Source of the DNA: Strigamia acuminata | Lineage: Eukaryota | Direction: 5' to 3' | DNA length: 64,000 bases | NCBI GenBank assembly: GCA_949358305.1 | Contig: OX442314.1 | Location: 10,354,001 to 10,418,000, forward strand | Shown here: one piece after another, positions 63,501-64,000 of the stretch | Numbering within the stretch: the first letter of the stretch is position 1 | Layout: each line of letters starts with the position of its first letter | Position numbers and translations under genes: made by a program | The notes under the pieces: generated by a model | What the model was told of the DNA's origin: nothing | Seen by the model: only the letters and a program-made list of their open reading frames with translations | Databases searched by the model: none

Positions 63501-63995
63501 ATATATTTTGTTGTTATTTTTCTAGGGAACAATTGTTGCTGGTTTTGCTGCAAATAACGAGTTTGATTTTGAAAGAGAATCCTCCAATAAGAAAGGATGA
63601 GGTATTAGGTGGTAAACTTGCTTCAGTTTTATTCCAAGTGAGTTAAGAGTTTTTGTTCTGTTGTTGGTGATTGAATGAGCAGATTATCCTAAAGACATTT
63701 GATGATCGCGAATTGTTATTCACCGAAATTAAAGGGTAGCAGCCTCGCTGGAAAAAATAAGTTTTTATTTTGACTGCGGCCGAATCTACCTACAATTTGT
63801 TAATTGTTTTTACTTTTTTTGGTTTAAAAAAATTGTTTTTTGTTTATTTTTTGTTTATTTTTTATTTTTAAGACGTTGATCGTTACGTGGATTAAAGCCA
63901 ATATGAATGTGGTTATTTCGGCGGAGTTGTGGGATCACTTTTTGAGCGTACTTTTCTCGTTGACTCAGTGGGAAGAACTGATTAAGGAGTGGGCT
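57592..63995 (+). CDS. RALGAPA1: Ral GTPase-activating protein alpha subunit, N-terminal exons (continues beyond the window)
   Basis: [117 protein letters not shown]. This is the invertebrate counterpart of RALGAPA1/2. Confidence 0.93.
58107..58605. mobile_element. hAT-type MITE carrying a 20-bp minisatellite
   Basis: 15-bp TIRs CAGAGGCGGATCAAG / CTTGATCCGTCTCTG, 8-bp TSD ATTTGACG / ATTTGATG, and internal TTTCGGTTCAAAAAATGAAT repeats. Confidence 0.85.
59560..61150. repeat. Intronic 31-bp minisatellite with a 446-bp higher-order repeat (3 copies)
   Basis: AGACTAAA at 59582, 59613 and 59644. The landmark AGAGAGATTAATGAC occurs at 59995, 60441 and 60887. Confidence 0.93.
61890..62340. repeat. 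Intronic T-rich minisatellites (31-bp and 21-bp units)
   Basis: CAGTTTTATC at 61950, 61981 and 62012; TTCTTCGTTTTCTCATATTTT repeats. Confidence 0.85.
62930..63445. repeat. Intronic minisatellites (30-31-bp and 21-bp units)
   Basis: Tandem copies of TATTTGCATGTTTTCTTCGTTTTTCATGTT and TTTCTTCGTTTTTTCATAATA. Confidence 0.9.
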
Positions 63996-64000
63996 GTAAG

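Overview
AT-rich, gene-dense invertebrate animal genomic DNA with spliceosomal introns; no prokaryotic features were found. Host genes are MTR (B12-dependent methionine synthase, minus strand, runs off the left edge), STX5, ATG14, BAZ1A/ACF1, RTRAF, an orphan two-exon gene, NPC2 and RALGAPA (runs off the right edge). One MTR intron (1649-33201, ~31.5 kb) is almost entirely filled by a composite element bounded by ~500-bp inverted termini. This element is built from about four head-to-tail, differently deleted and shuffled units carrying decayed spliced gene fragments (RNF216-like RING, small membrane proteins, unknown ORFs). Nested inside it are an intact Mag-type Gypsy LTR retrotransposon with identical LTRs, a gag remnant, a TSD-less TIR element resembling Spy, and GC-rich hairpin MITEs. 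Separately, nearly every long host intron holds a minisatellite of phased A/T tracts whose unit is a multiple of the DNA helical repeat (10, 20, 21, 30, 31 or 41 bp), several of them inside small DNA-transposon shells. All calls come from reading the sequence by eye; exon limits marked ~ are approximate.
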